A stretch of 63,327 bases of DNA, counting the filler. It is 4 parts of 4 records of this genome, joined end to end, with 100 filler letters (N's around TTAATTAATTAA, not from the genome) between each part and the next. Parts side by side here need not be neighbours in the genome. Positions count along the whole stretch, not along the records: positions 1 to 13,614 come from SRR22947725_4800; 3 more parts are not named here. The stretch is one strand, 5' to 3'. Each line of letters begins with the position of its first letter. The stretch's first letter is position 1. The notes beneath the pieces were generated by a model. That model was not told the origin of the DNA. It searched no databases and was given only the letters and a program-made list of their open reading frames with translations. The translations under genes were made by a program, and so were the position numbers. Shown one piece after another: positions 1-10,844 of this stretch.

Positions 1-1
1 A

Positions 2-1816
2 GACTGGAAAGAGCATATTAGAATGCGTCCTGGAATGTATATAGGTAAGCTTGGTGACGGATCATCTCCCGATGACGGTATTTATATATTATTAAAAGAA
101 GTTCTAGACAATTCCATTGATGAATTTGTTATGGGTGCAGGTAGAACTATCGAAGTTTCTATTAATCAAACAAAAGTGACTGTTAGAGATTTTGGTCGCG
201 GCATCCCCTTAGGAAAAGTTGTTGATGTAGTTTCAAAAATGAATACAGGTGGTAAATACGATTCCAAGGCATTTAAAAAGGCTGTCGGTTTAAATGGTGT
301 GGGTACAAAAGCAGTTAATGCCTTGTCCGACTATTTTAGAGTAGAATCTACTAGAGACGGATATTCTGTGTCTGCAGAGTTCAATCAAGGTAATTTAACT
401 AATCATAATGACAAAATAGAATCTTCTAGAAGAAAAGGCACAAAGGTAACTTTTGTTCCTGACCAAAGTATTTTTAAAAATTTCAAATACAGAAATGAAT
501 ATATTTCTAGAATGCTAAAAAATTATGTTTATTTAAATCCAGGTTTAACTATAATTTTTAATGGCGAAAAATTCTTTAGTGAAAATGGATTAAAAGATTT
601 ACTCAGTGAAAGAATTAACGAAAGTGATATGTTATATCCGATTGTACATATTAGTGGTGAGGATATTGAAGTCGCTATCACTCATAGTAAGACTCAATAC
701 AGTGAAGAGTACCATTCTTTTGTTAATGGGCAAAATACAACACAAGGAGGAACTCATTTATTGGCTTTTAGAGAAGGATTAGTAAAAACTATTCGAGAAT
801 TTTATGGTAAAACCTATGACTCATCTGATATTAGAAAATCTATTGTCTCAGCTGTTTCAATTAAAGTGATGGAACCTGTATTTGAAAGTCAAACTAAAAC
901 AAAATTAGGTTCTACTGATATGGGTGGAGATTTACCAACAGTCAGAACATATGTTAACGATTTTTTAAAAAACAGTTTAGATAATTATTTACACAAAAAT
1001 CCTAATATCGCTGAATCTATTCAAAGAAAAATATTACAAGCTGAGAAAGAAAGAAAAGAACTTTCTGGTATTAGAAAGTTAGCTAGAGATAGGGCTAAAA
1101 AAGCAAGCATCCATAATAAAAAACTTAGAGATTGTAGAATTCACTTAGGAGATCTTAAAAATGATCGCAGACTAGAGTCTACTTTATTTATAACAGAGGG
1201 TGATTCTGCATCTGGAAGTATTACTAAATCAAGAGATGTAAATACTCAAGCTGTATTTAGTTTAAAAGGAAAGCCACTTAATTCTTATGGTTTAACTAAG
1301 AAAATTGTTTATGAAAATGAGGAATTTAATTTACTTCAAGCTGCTCTAAATATAGAAGAATCTATTGAGTATTTAAGATATAATAATGTTGTTATTGCTA
1401 CCGATGCTGATGTAGATGGGATGCATATTAGACTACTTTTAATTACATTTTTTCTTCAATTTTTTCCTGAGTTGATAAAACAAGGTCATATTTATATACT
1501 TCAAACTCCACTTTTTAGAGTAAGAAATAAAAAAGAAACAATTTATTGTTATTCTGAAGAGGAAAGAATAGATGCAATAACAAAATTAAAATCAAACCCT
1601 GAAATAACTAGGTTTAAAGGTCTTGGTGAAATTTCCCCTAATGAATTCAAACATTTTATTGGTGATAATATTAGATTAGACCCAATAATGTTAGATGAAG
1701 GTATGTCAATTGAAGATTTACTTAGTTTTTATATGGGCAAAAATACACCAGACAGACAAAACTTCATTATAGAAAATTTAAAGGTTGAACTAGATTTAAT
1801 TGATAATAAAAAATAA
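2..1816 (+). CDS. parE: DNA topoisomerase IV subunit B (5' truncated)
   Basis: Frame is open from the window edge ([15 protein letters not shown]); [25 protein letters not shown] and DADVDG, RFKGLGE; short Bacteroidetes ParE type directly followed by the A subunit. Confidence 0.93.
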   Translation, partial: DWKEHIRMRPGMYIGKLGDGSSPDDGIYILLKEVLDNSIDEFVMGAGRTIEVSINQTKVTVRDFGRGIPLGKVVDVVSKMNTGGKYDSKAFKKAVGLNGVGTKAVNALSDYFRVESTRDGYSVSAEFNQGNLTNHNDKIESSRRKGTKVTFVPDQSIFKNFKYRNEYISRMLKNYVYLNPGLTIIFNGEKFFSENGLKDLLSERINESDMLYPIVHISGEDIEVAITHSKTQYSEEYHSFVNGQNTTQGGTHLLAFREGLVKTIREFYGKTYDSSDIRKSIVSAVSIKVMEPVFESQTKTKLGSTDMGGDLPTVRTYVNDFLKNSLDNYLHKNPNIAESIQRKILQAEKERKELSGIRKLARDRAKKASIHNKKLRDCRIHLGDLKNDRRLESTLFITEGDSASGSITKSRDVNTQAVFSLKGKPLNSYGLTKKIVYENEEFNLLQAALNIEESIEYLRYNNVVIATDADVDGMHIRLLLITFFLQFFPELIKQGHIYILQTPLFRVRNKKETIYCYSEEERIDAITKLKSNPEITRFKGLGEISPNEFKHFIGDNIRLDPIMLDEGMSIEDLLSFYMGKNTPDRQNFIIENLKVELDLIDNKK

Positions 1817-4434
1817 TGATAGAGGAAGAAAATAACCATATCAATCAAATTGCTGACAATAGTGAATCTATCACTAGAGTAACTGGTATGTACAAAGATT
1901 GGTTTTTGGATTACGCATCTTATGTTATTTTAGAACGTGCTGTTCCTGCTATAGAAGATGGTTTTAAACCTGTTCAAAGGAGGATAATGCAATCAATGAA
2001 AGATTTAGATGATGGTAGATATAATAAAGTAGCAAATATTGTAGGTCATACAATGCAATATCACCCTCATGGAGATGCCAGTATAGCTGATGCAATGGTT
2101 CAAATTGGTCAAAAAGATTTGTTAATTGACACACAAGGAAACTGGGGTAATACTTTAACTGGTGATAGGGCTGCTGCTTCAAGATATATTGAAGCAAGAA
2201 TATCAAAGTTTGGTTTAGATGTGATATTCAATCCTAAGATTACCAAGTGGCAAGCATCTTACGATGGAAGAAGGAAAGAACCTGTTAATTTACCTGTTAA
2301 ATTCCCTTTATTATTAGCTCAAGGTGCTGAAGGTATAGCTGTTGGACTTTCTACAAAAATTTTATCTCATAATTTTATTGAACTAATTGATTCGTCTATC
2401 AAACATTTACAAGGAAAAAAAATAAATATCTTCCCTGATTTCATTACAGGAGGTATTGCTGATTTTTCAAATTACAATGATGGTAGAAGAGGAGGAAAGG
2501 TCAGACTTAGAGCTAAAATATCTACTATTGATAAATCTACATTATTGATTTCTGAAATTCCATACGGAACTACTACTACATCTTTAATAGATTCTATCTT
2601 GAAAGCGAATGATAGAGGCAAGATTAGAATTAAAAAAATTGATGATAATACTGCGTCAAAGGTTGAAATTTTAATTTATTTACCAAATGGTATTTCTCCT
2701 GATAAAACAATTGATGCACTTTATGCATTTACCAATTGTGAAACATCAATATCCCCATTAGGTTGTGTTATTGAAAATAATAAACCTCTTTTTATAGGAG
2801 TTTCTGAAATTTTAAAAATATCTACAGACAATACTGTAGACTTGTTGAAACAAGAGCTTCTAATTAAACTAGGTGAATTAGAAAACCAATGGCATTACTC
2901 TTCTTTGGAAAGAATTTTTATTGAAAATAAGATTTATCGTGACATAGAAAATCAAGATACATGGCAAGGAGTTTTAAAAGCTATTGATATAGGTTTACGT
3001 CCATACACTAATAATTTAAAAAGAGATGTAAATGAAGAAGATATTATAAGATTAACTGAGATTAAAATCAAAAGAATCTCAAAGTTTGATATTGATAAAG
3101 CAAGTGATAAAATTATCGATCTTGAAAATCAAATCAAGAATGTTAAATTTAACTTAGATGATATTGTTAACTTTTCTATCAATTATTTTAAAAGCTTAAA
3201 AAAAGATTATTCCGAAAATAGACAAAGAAAAACAGAAATAAAGTTATTTGATGAAGTTGATGCTACAAAAGTAGTGATTAGAAATACTAAACTTTACGTT
3301 AACAGAGAAGAAGGATTTATTGGAACATCTCTAAGAAAAGACGAATATGTTTGTGACTGTAGTGACATTGATGATTTAATAGTTTTTACAAAAGATTGTA
3401 AGTTAGTTATTACTAAAGTTGACTCTAAAACATTTATTGGCAAGAACATTATACATGCTGCCGTTTTTAAAAAGAAAGACAAAAGGACCATATATAATAT
3501 GATATATAACGATGGAGACAAAAACTTTTATTATTTAAAAAGATTCGCTGTCTCTGGAGTAACAAGGGATAAGGTTTATGATTTGTCTTCTGCAAAAAAA
3601 GAATCTGTTGTTTCTTATTTTTCTGCAAATCCCAATGGTGAAGCTGAAATTGTTTCACTAATTCTCAGACAGTCTGCTAAATTAAAAAAGTTTAAATGGG
3701 ATATTAATTTTTCTGATTATCTAATCAAAGGAAGATCTTCTAGAGGTAATATAGTTACAAAACATAATGTTAATAAAATTGAATTAAAAGAAAAAGGTGT
3801 ATCAACTTTAAAACCAAGAAAAATTTGGTTTGACGATACTATTCAAAGACTAAATGTTGACGGTAGGGGAGAGTTGTTAGGCGAATTTAGAGGAGAAGAC
3901 AAATTATTAATAATAAGGCAAAATGGTATACTTAAAACTATATCTCCAGAAATTACAACACGTTTTAATGAAGATATGATTGTTTTAGAAAAGTGGTTAC
4001 CAAAAAAACCTATTTCAGCAATTTACTTTGACGGAAAAAAAGAAAAATATTTTTTAAAGAGATTTTTAATTGAAAATGAAAACAAAGAAGAAACATTCAT
4101 TTCTTTAAATAAAAATTCTTTTTTAGAAATTGTCTCTACTGATTGGAAACCAGTTGTTGAATTAGTTTTTAATAAAGAACGTAACAAAGAACAAAGAGCT
4201 AACACTAGTATTGATGTTGAAGAATTTATTTCAATTAAAGGGATAAAAGCTCAAGGAAACCAGTTGACTGGATATAAGGTTAAACAAATTAATATTTTAG
4301 AATCTAAAGTTTATGAACCACCAATAGAAGTTTCTGCAAATGAAATTGAAGTTATTGATGAAAACGAAATAAAGATAGGGCTAAATGTTTCCGGAGAAAA
4401 TGATACAGATAAAGGTCAAACTACTTTATTTTAA
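1816..4434 (+). CDS. parC: DNA topoisomerase IV subunit A
   Basis: DGFKPVQRR, YHPHGD, AAASRYIE (catalytic Tyr); coupled to parE by TAATG overlap. Confidence 0.93.
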   Translation: MIEEENNHINQIADNSESITRVTGMYKDWFLDYASYVILERAVPAIEDGFKPVQRRIMQSMKDLDDGRYNKVANIVGHTMQYHPHGDASIADAMVQIGQKDLLIDTQGNWGNTLTGDRAAASRYIEARISKFGLDVIFNPKITKWQASYDGRRKEPVNLPVKFPLLLAQGAEGIAVGLSTKILSHNFIELIDSSIKHLQGKKINIFPDFITGGIADFSNYNDGRRGGKVRLRAKISTIDKSTLLISEIPYGTTTTSLIDSILKANDRGKIRIKKIDDNTASKVEILIYLPNGISPDKTIDALYAFTNCETSISPLGCVIENNKPLFIGVSEILKISTDNTVDLLKQELLIKLGELENQWHYSSLERIFIENKIYRDIENQDTWQGVLKAIDIGLRPYTNNLKRDVNEEDIIRLTEIKIKRISKFDIDKASDKIIDLENQIKNVKFNLDDIVNFSINYFKSLKKDYSENRQRKTEIKLFDEVDATKVVIRNTKLYVNREEGFIGTSLRKDEYVCDCSDIDDLIVFTKDCKLVITKVDSKTFIGKNIIHAAVFKKKDKRTIYNMIYNDGDKNFYYLKRFAVSGVTRDKVYDLSSAKKESVVSYFSANPNGEAEIVSLILRQSAKLKKFKWDINFSDYLIKGRSSRGNIVTKHNVNKIELKEKGVSTLKPRKIWFDDTIQRLNVDGRGELLGEFRGEDKLLIIRQNGILKTISPEITTRFNEDMIVLEKWLPKKPISAIYFDGKKEKYFLKRFLIENENKEETFISLNKNSFLEIVSTDWKPVVELVFNKERNKEQRANTSIDVEEFISIKGIKAQGNQLTGYKVKQINILESKVYEPPIEVSANEIEVIDENEIKIGLNVSGENDTDKGQTTLF

Positions 4435-4797
4435 AACTGTCGCAGTTCCTTTTTGTTTTGTTGTTTCTCCCACATAAGAATATTCAAAATCATAAGAATC
4501 TTTAAATGTTCTTAATATCTTAACAAGTACTGGTTTTTTTTGAAGAATATTTTTAGGATTAATTGTAGTGAAAACCACTTCACAATCATTAATCCATCTT
4601 ACGTAGCTTGAATCAATTACATTATTAAAAGTTTCAACTTGAATACTGTCATTTCTTTTAAAAATTGATGTATATTCCACTCCTTCAATACTAATAACAC
4701 TTTTAAAAGAACCTGTTTTGAAATCATTGCAAATTCTTTCTTGATTTATGTTACAACTACATAACGAAATTAAAATTGTGAGATATAAATATTTCAT
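4426..4797 (-). CDS. Small conserved lipoprotein of unknown function
   Basis: 123 aa, hydrophobic N-terminus with lipobox-like LCSC; VRWINDCE segment; convergent with parC (9-nt overlap). Confidence 0.7.
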   Translation of the reverse strand: MKYLYLTILISLCSCNINQERICNDFKTGSFKSVISIEGVEYTSIFKRNDSIQVETFNNVIDSSYVRWINDCEVVFTTINPKNILQKKPVLVKILRTFKDSYDFEYSYVGETTKQKGTATVLK

Positions 4798-4839
4798 ACT
4801 TAAAATAATTCATTTAAGCTGCAATTTAATTAAATATTA

Positions 4840-4847
4840 TAACTTTG
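4840..4847 (+). promoter_or_regulatory. Bacteroidetes -7 promoter element
   Basis: TAACTTTG matches TAnnTTTG upstream of the M14 peptidase. Confidence 0.6.
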
Positions 4848-4917
4848 CTGTGATCACAAAATAGAATAAATCATAAAACGTTTAACAAATATTTTTAACA
4901 AATCAAGAATAAGTCAC

Positions 4918-5988
4918 TTGTCCAGTAAATATTTGACAAATGATGATTTACATTTAAATCGGTTAAATTCTAAATTTAAAATTAGTAAAATTGGTTGTAG
5001 TGTTAATAATGAAGATATAAATGTTGTTAAGGTTGGTAATGGAAATATTAAAGTTCTTGCTTGGTCACAAATGCATGGAAATGAATCTACCTCAACAAAA
5101 AGTTTACTTGATTTTATTAATGCCTTAAACAACGATGAATTTATAAATATTTTAGATGCATGCACTCTCCATTTAATACCTATATTAAATCCTGATGGAG
5201 CTAGAGCTTATACAAGAGAAAATTATAATAAAGTAGATTTAAATAGAGATGCTAAAATCAACTCTCAACCTGAATCAAAAATATTAAATAACTACTTTCT
5301 AAAAATCAAGCCTGATTATTGTTTTAATCTTCATGATCAAAGAACAATCTATGGTAGTGACAGTGATACTAACCCCTCTGGATTAAGCTTTCTTTCTCCA
5401 TCTTATGATATTAATAATTCTATTAACGGTAGTAGAATTAAATCTATGTACATAATTCAGCATATTTACTCTAAATTGTCTAATATTATTAGAAACAGAA
5501 TAAGGCTATATAGTGATGATTACAATGAAAATTGTTTCGGTGATCATTTTCAAAAAAAATGTTCTTCTACGATTTTATTTGAGTCAGGTTTTTTTGAAAA
5601 CGATTACAAAAGAGAAGTAACAAGAAAGTATATGTTTCTTTCCATCGCTATTGCTTTAGAGTTAATTTCAAATAATACAATTAATGACAATGTTAATGTT
5701 GATAAATATGAGCATATACCAAAAAATACAGTAAGGTTTTATGATATTATTTTAAAAAAAGTTCCAATTAATAATTCATCACTTAATATAGGTATAAATT
5801 ACAGGGAGATACTTAATGATAAAACTGTTTCATTTGTCCCTTATGTTGAATCTATAGGAGATTTAGACAATTTAAAAGGACACAAAGAAGTTGTTTTTCC
5901 ATCTCATTATTTTAAGGATTTAAAAACAAATACTTTTACGCTGGGATCTAAAATAAATGAATCATTAATTAAATTACTGAAATTATAG
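4918..5988 (+). CDS. M14 family zinc carboxypeptidase-like protein
   Basis: HGNE zinc motif, NPDG, DLNRD, NLHDQ, FESG; frame is open back to 4870, so the start is uncertain. Confidence 0.85.
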   Translation: MSSKYLTNDDLHLNRLNSKFKISKIGCSVNNEDINVVKVGNGNIKVLAWSQMHGNESTSTKSLLDFINALNNDEFINILDACTLHLIPILNPDGARAYTRENYNKVDLNRDAKINSQPESKILNNYFLKIKPDYCFNLHDQRTIYGSDSDTNPSGLSFLSPSYDINNSINGSRIKSMYIIQHIYSKLSNIIRNRIRLYSDDYNENCFGDHFQKKCSSTILFESGFFENDYKREVTRKYMFLSIAIALELISNNTINDNVNVDKYEHIPKNTVRFYDIILKKVPINNSSLNIGINYREILNDKTVSFVPYVESIGDLDNLKGHKEVVFPSHYFKDLKTNTFTLGSKINESLIKLLKL

Positions 5989-6071
5989 TTAAAATTTACT
6001 TAAAATGATATTTTAATGAGAATAATTTAAAGATTTTCTATAAATTAGTATTTTATTTAAATATTTCTCAT

Positions 6072-6554
6072 ATGCAACACAAATTTAAATTAGATGAAAT
6101 AGATCATCAAATTCTTGACATGTTAATTGATAACACCAGAATACCTTTTACTGATATAGCAAAAAAATTATTAATATCTGCTGGTACAGTACATGTGAGA
6201 GTAAAAAAAATGGAAGATGCAGGTTTAATTAAAGGTTCTTCACTGATTCTTGATTATAATAAATTAGGCTATTCCTTTATTGCTTATGTTGGAATTTACT
6301 TAGAAAAAACATCACAACTATCTTTTTTAATAGAGAGAATTAAAGAAATCCCAAATGTTACTGTTGCTCATATCACAACTGGTAAATTTAATATCTATTG
6401 CAAGATAAGAGCTAAAAGCACAAAAGATGCAAAGGAGATTATCTTTAAACTAGATGATATAGATGGTGTTTACAGAACTGAATCAATGATATCTCTTGAA
6501 GAGAGTATTAATGATAAGAAAAGACTAATGCATGCTATTTTTAATGATATTTAA
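6072..6554 (+). CDS. Lrp/AsnC family transcriptional regulator
   Basis: LDEIDHQIL plus HTH (FTDIAKKLLISAGTVHVRVKKM) and C-terminal RAM domain. Confidence 0.92.
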   Translation: MQHKFKLDEIDHQILDMLIDNTRIPFTDIAKKLLISAGTVHVRVKKMEDAGLIKGSSLILDYNKLGYSFIAYVGIYLEKTSQLSFLIERIKEIPNVTVAHITTGKFNIYCKIRAKSTKDAKEIIFKLDDIDGVYRTESMISLEESINDKKRLMHAIFNDI

Positions 6555-7621
6555 GATAACTCATTTAAAAATTTAAAAGAATCTTTTATAGTTTTCAAAT
6601 CTATACTTTGATCATAAACGGGTTTTCCTATCTCTTTTAATAATACAAAGTTAATTTGTCCTTCTTTATTTTTTTTGTCAAACTTCATTAGTTTAATAAT
6701 TTTTTCTATTTCTTCATCTGAGAATATTAACTTATCAAAGTTTCTTAATATGAAGTGATTTATTTCTTTGTTTAATTGTTTATCAAAATTTAGTATGATA
6801 GTGGACAAGTAACCTTCAATGATCATTCCTAATGCAATACTATGACCATGAGATAAATCTTTACGACTATTTGTGTTTAAACAATAGGTCTCAATAGCAT
6901 GACCTGCTGTATGCCCGTAGTTTAAAATTTTTCTTAATCCTTTCTCATATGGGTCTTTATCCACAATTTTACTTTTGATTAAAATCGAATTATAAAAACA
7001 ATTACCTGGATAAAATGAATTGATATCAATTAGTTTTATGGATTCCCAATATTTTTTTCCTGTTATTAAGGAATGTTTGATCATTTCACTAAAACCTGAC
7101 TTTAATTCTGACAATGTAAGTGTATCTAAAAAGTCGGAATCTACAATAACCATAGATGGATTATTAATAACACCAATTTGATTTTTTATATTATTCAAAT
7201 CTATACCAGTTTTACCTCCGATTGACGCATCGACCATAGACAAAAGCGTAGTGGGAACATTAATAAACTTTATCCCTCTTATAAATGTTGATGCAACAAA
7301 ACCCCCAAGGTCAGTTACTACTCCGCCGCCTAAATTAATAATCAAAGAATTTCTATCTAAGCCAAGTTCGGAGATATTGGTCCATAGGTCTTTGCAGGTT
7401 GATAGATTTTTATTTTTTTCACCAGGGCTGAAAGATAAATTATATGTTTCAGATGTTTTATCAAATTTTGAGTAGAACTTTTCAAGGCATAGCATTGTTG
7501 TATTTGAATCTGTTATCACAATAATCTTTGAAAAATTATTTTCCTGTACAAAATTATTTAGTTTTTTATATGCAGTTTTATTAAAATGTAAAGGGTAACT
7601 ATTTGTAATTATTGAATCCAT
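6551..7621 (-). CDS. aroB: 3-dehydroquinate synthase
   Basis: GGGVVTDLGGF, PTTLLSMVDASIGGKTG, LNYGHTAGHAIE, DKKN. Confidence 0.95.
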   Translation of the reverse strand: MDSIITNSYPLHFNKTAYKKLNNFVQENNFSKIIVITDSNTTMLCLEKFYSKFDKTSETYNLSFSPGEKNKNLSTCKDLWTNISELGLDRNSLIINLGGGVVTDLGGFVASTFIRGIKFINVPTTLLSMVDASIGGKTGIDLNNIKNQIGVINNPSMVIVDSDFLDTLTLSELKSGFSEMIKHSLITGKKYWESIKLIDINSFYPGNCFYNSILIKSKIVDKDPYEKGLRKILNYGHTAGHAIETYCLNTNSRKDLSHGHSIALGMIIEGYLSTIILNFDKQLNKEINHFILRNFDKLIFSDEEIEKIIKLMKFDKKNKEGQINFVLLKEIGKPVYDQSIDLKTIKDSFKFLNELS

Positions 7622-7625
7622 AAAT

Positions 7626-7633
7626 CAAAAATA
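7626..7633 (-). promoter_or_regulatory. Bacteroidetes -7 element for aroB
   Basis: TATTTTTG on minus strand ends 4 nt before the aroB ATG. Confidence 0.5.
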
Positions 7634-7685
7634 TATTATTAATAAAAATACTAGTTTAAAGTTTATAAATTAGAATGTATATGAA

Positions 7686-7693
7686 TATATTTG
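7686..7693 (+). promoter_or_regulatory. Bacteroidetes -7 element for proline dehydrogenase
   Basis: TATATTTG inside the over-extended ORF N-terminus; supports true ATG at 7714. Confidence 0.55.
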
Positions 7694-7713
7694 TCTTGTA
7701 TTTTTTTTATTTT

Positions 7714-8880
7714 ATGCAAGATAATTTATTTGACAACACTGAAATAGCCTTTAAAGATAAATCTATATTTGACCTTTATCGTGGTTATATTATTTTTAAA
7801 ATTATTTCTTTCCCACGTGTCGTGTCTATTTCCAAATTTATTTTAAGTTTTAAATTAATTTATCCTCTAACAAAATTAATTCTTAAAAGTACAATGCTTA
7901 AGCAGTTTTGTGGTGGTCAAAATGAGGATGATTGTAAGAAAATAATAAATGATTTAAACGCGAGAAATGTATATTCTATTTTAGATTATTCGGTTGAAGG
8001 GCTTGAAAATGAAGTTAGCTTTGATGAAACTGTTTCACGTACAATTAATTTGATAAAGTTAAATACAAACAATAACTTTCCATTTATTGTTTTTAAGCCT
8101 ACTGGAATTGGTCGTTTTGATTTATATGAAAAAATTTCATCTAATACTAACTTGTCTGATAAAGAAAATATTGAATGGTCAAAAGTAAAAGCCAGATATG
8201 ATGTAATTTGTAATGCTGCACTAGCCAATAATGTTTCTGTATTGATAGATGCTGAGGAAAGCTGGATTCAATCAAGTATTGATGAAATATATGAGAATTT
8301 AATTTTAAAGTATAATTCAAAAAAAGCTATTGTATATAATACGGTTCAATCCTATAGAATTGATCGTTTAGAATATATTGAAAAACTTTATCATTCTTTC
8401 TCAACATTAGATGTACAAATAGGTATTAAATTAGTAAGAGGTGCTTACATGGATAAAGAAAGAGAAAGATCCAAAGCTTTCAATTATTTAGACCCTATTC
8501 ATAAAACTAAAAAAGATACTGATAAAAGCTTTAATAGTTGTATGACATTTATGTTTAAAAATGTTCAATTATTTTCTGTTTTTATAGGCAGTCATAATGA
8601 GGAAAGTAATTATTTAGCTTTAGAGCTTATAAATAAATATAATATTATAAAGGATAAAGTTTGGTTTAGTCAATTATATGGCATGAGTGATCATATTACT
8701 TACAATCTTTCCAATCAAGGATTTAATGTGACAAAATATCTACCCTTTGGCCCTTTTAAAGGGGTTATACCTTACCTTTTTAGAAGAGCAGAGGAAAATA
8801 CAGCTGTTGAGGGACAAACTTCAAGAGAGTTATTTCTTTATGCAAAAGAAATAAAAAGAAGGAATCATTCAAAGCTGTAA
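7714..8880 (+). CDS. Monofunctional proline dehydrogenase
   Basis: IDAEESW, KLVRGAY, GSHN, QLYGMSD, YLFRRAEEN; start MQDNLFDNTEIAF preferred over 7675. Confidence 0.92.
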   Translation: MQDNLFDNTEIAFKDKSIFDLYRGYIIFKIISFPRVVSISKFILSFKLIYPLTKLILKSTMLKQFCGGQNEDDCKKIINDLNARNVYSILDYSVEGLENEVSFDETVSRTINLIKLNTNNNFPFIVFKPTGIGRFDLYEKISSNTNLSDKENIEWSKVKARYDVICNAALANNVSVLIDAEESWIQSSIDEIYENLILKYNSKKAIVYNTVQSYRIDRLEYIEKLYHSFSTLDVQIGIKLVRGAYMDKERERSKAFNYLDPIHKTKKDTDKSFNSCMTFMFKNVQLFSVFIGSHNEESNYLALELINKYNIIKDKVWFSQLYGMSDHITYNLSNQGFNVTKYLPFGPFKGVIPYLFRRAEENTAVEGQTSRELFLYAKEIKRRNHSKL

Positions 8881-9236
8881 TCAAAAACTCTAACTTCATT
8901 TGTGCAATTCTCCAGACTGATTGAATAATTTTTTGTGCTTAAAATTTTTTCAATTACATATATCTTACAGCTGTCAAGTTTAGTATTACTTTTAGAAAAG
9001 TTTACATTGCCATTTTTTAATATATCTTGAACCTGACTTGCTGTAATAATATTTTTAGCAAATGCTGTATGAAGTTTATTTGAATAATGAACATTCTTAC
9101 TATTTACATCATTTATAACTCTTGCATCAGGCATATAAGGAAATTTTGTGTTTTTTTTATCCCATATAAAAATCAAAATACAAATACCAATCAAAAATCC
9201 ACCCATAAAATAAATTAGTCTATTGCTTAATTTCAT
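8865..9236 (-). CDS. DUF4258-like membrane-anchored protein
   Basis: N-terminal TM (YFMGGFLIGICIL), YMPDARV, ILKNGNVNFSKS; usual position after AlaDH in Flavobacteria. Confidence 0.65.
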   Translation of the reverse strand: MKLSNRLIYFMGGFLIGICILIFIWDKKNTKFPYMPDARVINDVNSKNVHYSNKLHTAFAKNIITASQVQDILKNGNVNFSKSNTKLDSCKIYVIEKILSTKNYSISLENCTNEVRVFDYSFE

Positions 9237-10432
9237 AACATATTGTTTATCTCGTTATATTTTATATCAAGTATTTGACTTATAATCAAGTTTGTACTCA
9301 ATCCGTTATATAAGTAAACACCTTTTTTAAAAGAATTATTATTTCTTATAAAATTTTCAAAACTTCCAAATTTAACAGACTTAATTAAGTAGGGGGTTAT
9401 AATATTACTCAAACATAATGATGAAGTTCTTGAATATCTTGAAGGTATGTTAGGAACACAATAATGTATTACATTATGTTTTTCAAATGTAGGTTTATCA
9501 TGAGTTGTTAATTTACTTGTTTCAAAAGTTCCACCGGTATCAATACTTACATCAATAATAATTGCTCCTTTTTTCATTTTCATTACCATATCTTCAGAAA
9601 TTATAGATTCTGAACTAGTACTACTTATAATCGTCCCTATAGCAACATCACATCTCATTAATGCTTTTGAAAGTTGTTTTTTTTGTATTGTTGAACTGTA
9701 AATAGGATTGGTAATCAATTTTTGAATTTTATTTAATTTAAAAATTGAGTTACTAAAAACCTTTACTCTAGCACCTAATTTTGTAGCAGCTAATGCTGCT
9801 GACTCAGCTATCTTATCAGAACCAATAACAACAATTTCTGTAGGAGGAACTCCACTTATATTTCCTAAAAAAAGTCCCTTGCCGTTGGTATTTACATTTG
9901 ACATTAGTTCAGAGGATATTAAGACTGCTGCTTGACCTGTAATAATACCTAATTGATCTGCAACAGGAAAATATCCATCATCTTCTTCTATAAATTCAAA
10001 AGCAATGCAGGTTATCTTTTTTTTAATAAGTTTAGTAAGATATGAAGCGGATTGTTTTTTTAGTTCTAAGGCAGATATTAAAATTGAATTTGGTTTGATT
10101 AAATTAATTTCAATATCAGTTAAAGGGGCGATTTTTAAAATTAAAGGACATTTATATACTTTTTCTATAGAATCTACAATTTCGGCACCAGCTTCTGAGT
10201 AATCTAAATCTGAAAAGTTAGAGCCTATTCCTGCTCCTGATTCTATAATTATTTTATAGTCGTTAATCACAAGATAATTAACAGAATCAGGTGTTAAACA
10301 AATTCTTTTTTCATTGATATCATCTTCCTTTGGAACTCCAATTATAAATTCTTTTTTTATTTGTTTAAGCTCTAACCTTTCCTCGTGCGGTAAAAGTTGT
10401 TCTTTACTAAATGGATAATCTATTTTATTCAT
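9233..10432 (-). CDS. Alanine dehydrogenase/PNT family protein (divergent)
   Basis: IGVPKE, ESGAG, DVSIDTGGTFETS, HYCVPNIP; Rossmann glycine motif is degenerate. Confidence 0.8.
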   Translation of the reverse strand: MNKIDYPFSKEQLLPHEERLELKQIKKEFIIGVPKEDDINEKRICLTPDSVNYLVINDYKIIIESGAGIGSNFSDLDYSEAGAEIVDSIEKVYKCPLILKIAPLTDIEINLIKPNSILISALELKKQSASYLTKLIKKKITCIAFEFIEEDDGYFPVADQLGIITGQAAVLISSELMSNVNTNGKGLFLGNISGVPPTEIVVIGSDKIAESAALAATKLGARVKVFSNSIFKLNKIQKLITNPIYSSTIQKKQLSKALMRCDVAIGTIISSTSSESIISEDMVMKMKKGAIIIDVSIDTGGTFETSKLTTHDKPTFEKHNVIHYCVPNIPSRYSRTSSLCLSNIITPYLIKSVKFGSFENFIRNNNSFKKGVYLYNGLSTNLIISQILDIKYNEINNML

Positions 10433-10844
10433 TTAAATCTATTTCTATTGTTCTATTATTTCCATCAGACAACTTAAAATTAATATAATTTATATTACTA
10501 GGTATTAAATTTGGAATTTTTTCTGCCCATTCTAAAAAGCACCAATTATTCTTAGACATATAATCCTCAACACCTAAATCAAGAGCTTCAAATTCATTTT
10601 CGATTCTGTAAAAATCAAAATGGAATATAGTTGATCTATTTAGTTTATATTCATTAACTATGGAAAATGTTGGACTAGATACATTGTCAGTACTGCCTAA
10701 TCTATTTACTAATGCTTTTATTAACGTTGTCTTACCTGAACCCATAACCCCATTAAAAAGTAAAGTTTTACTAGTTGTATTTTTAATTATAAAATCAACT
10801 GCTAGGCTTATATTTTTTAGATTATAGTTTAATGCTTTATTCAT
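10425..10844 (-). CDS. tsaE: tRNA threonylcarbamoyladenosine biosynthesis ATPase
   Basis: GVMGSGKTT, VSSPTFSIVNEY, HFDFYRI, EWAE. Confidence 0.95.
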   Translation of the reverse strand: MNKALNYNLKNISLAVDFIIKNTTSKTLLFNGVMGSGKTTLIKALVNRLGSTDNVSSPTFSIVNEYKLNRSTIFHFDFYRIENEFEALDLGVEDYMSKNNWCFLEWAEKIPNLIPSNINYINFKLSDGNNRTIEIDLNE

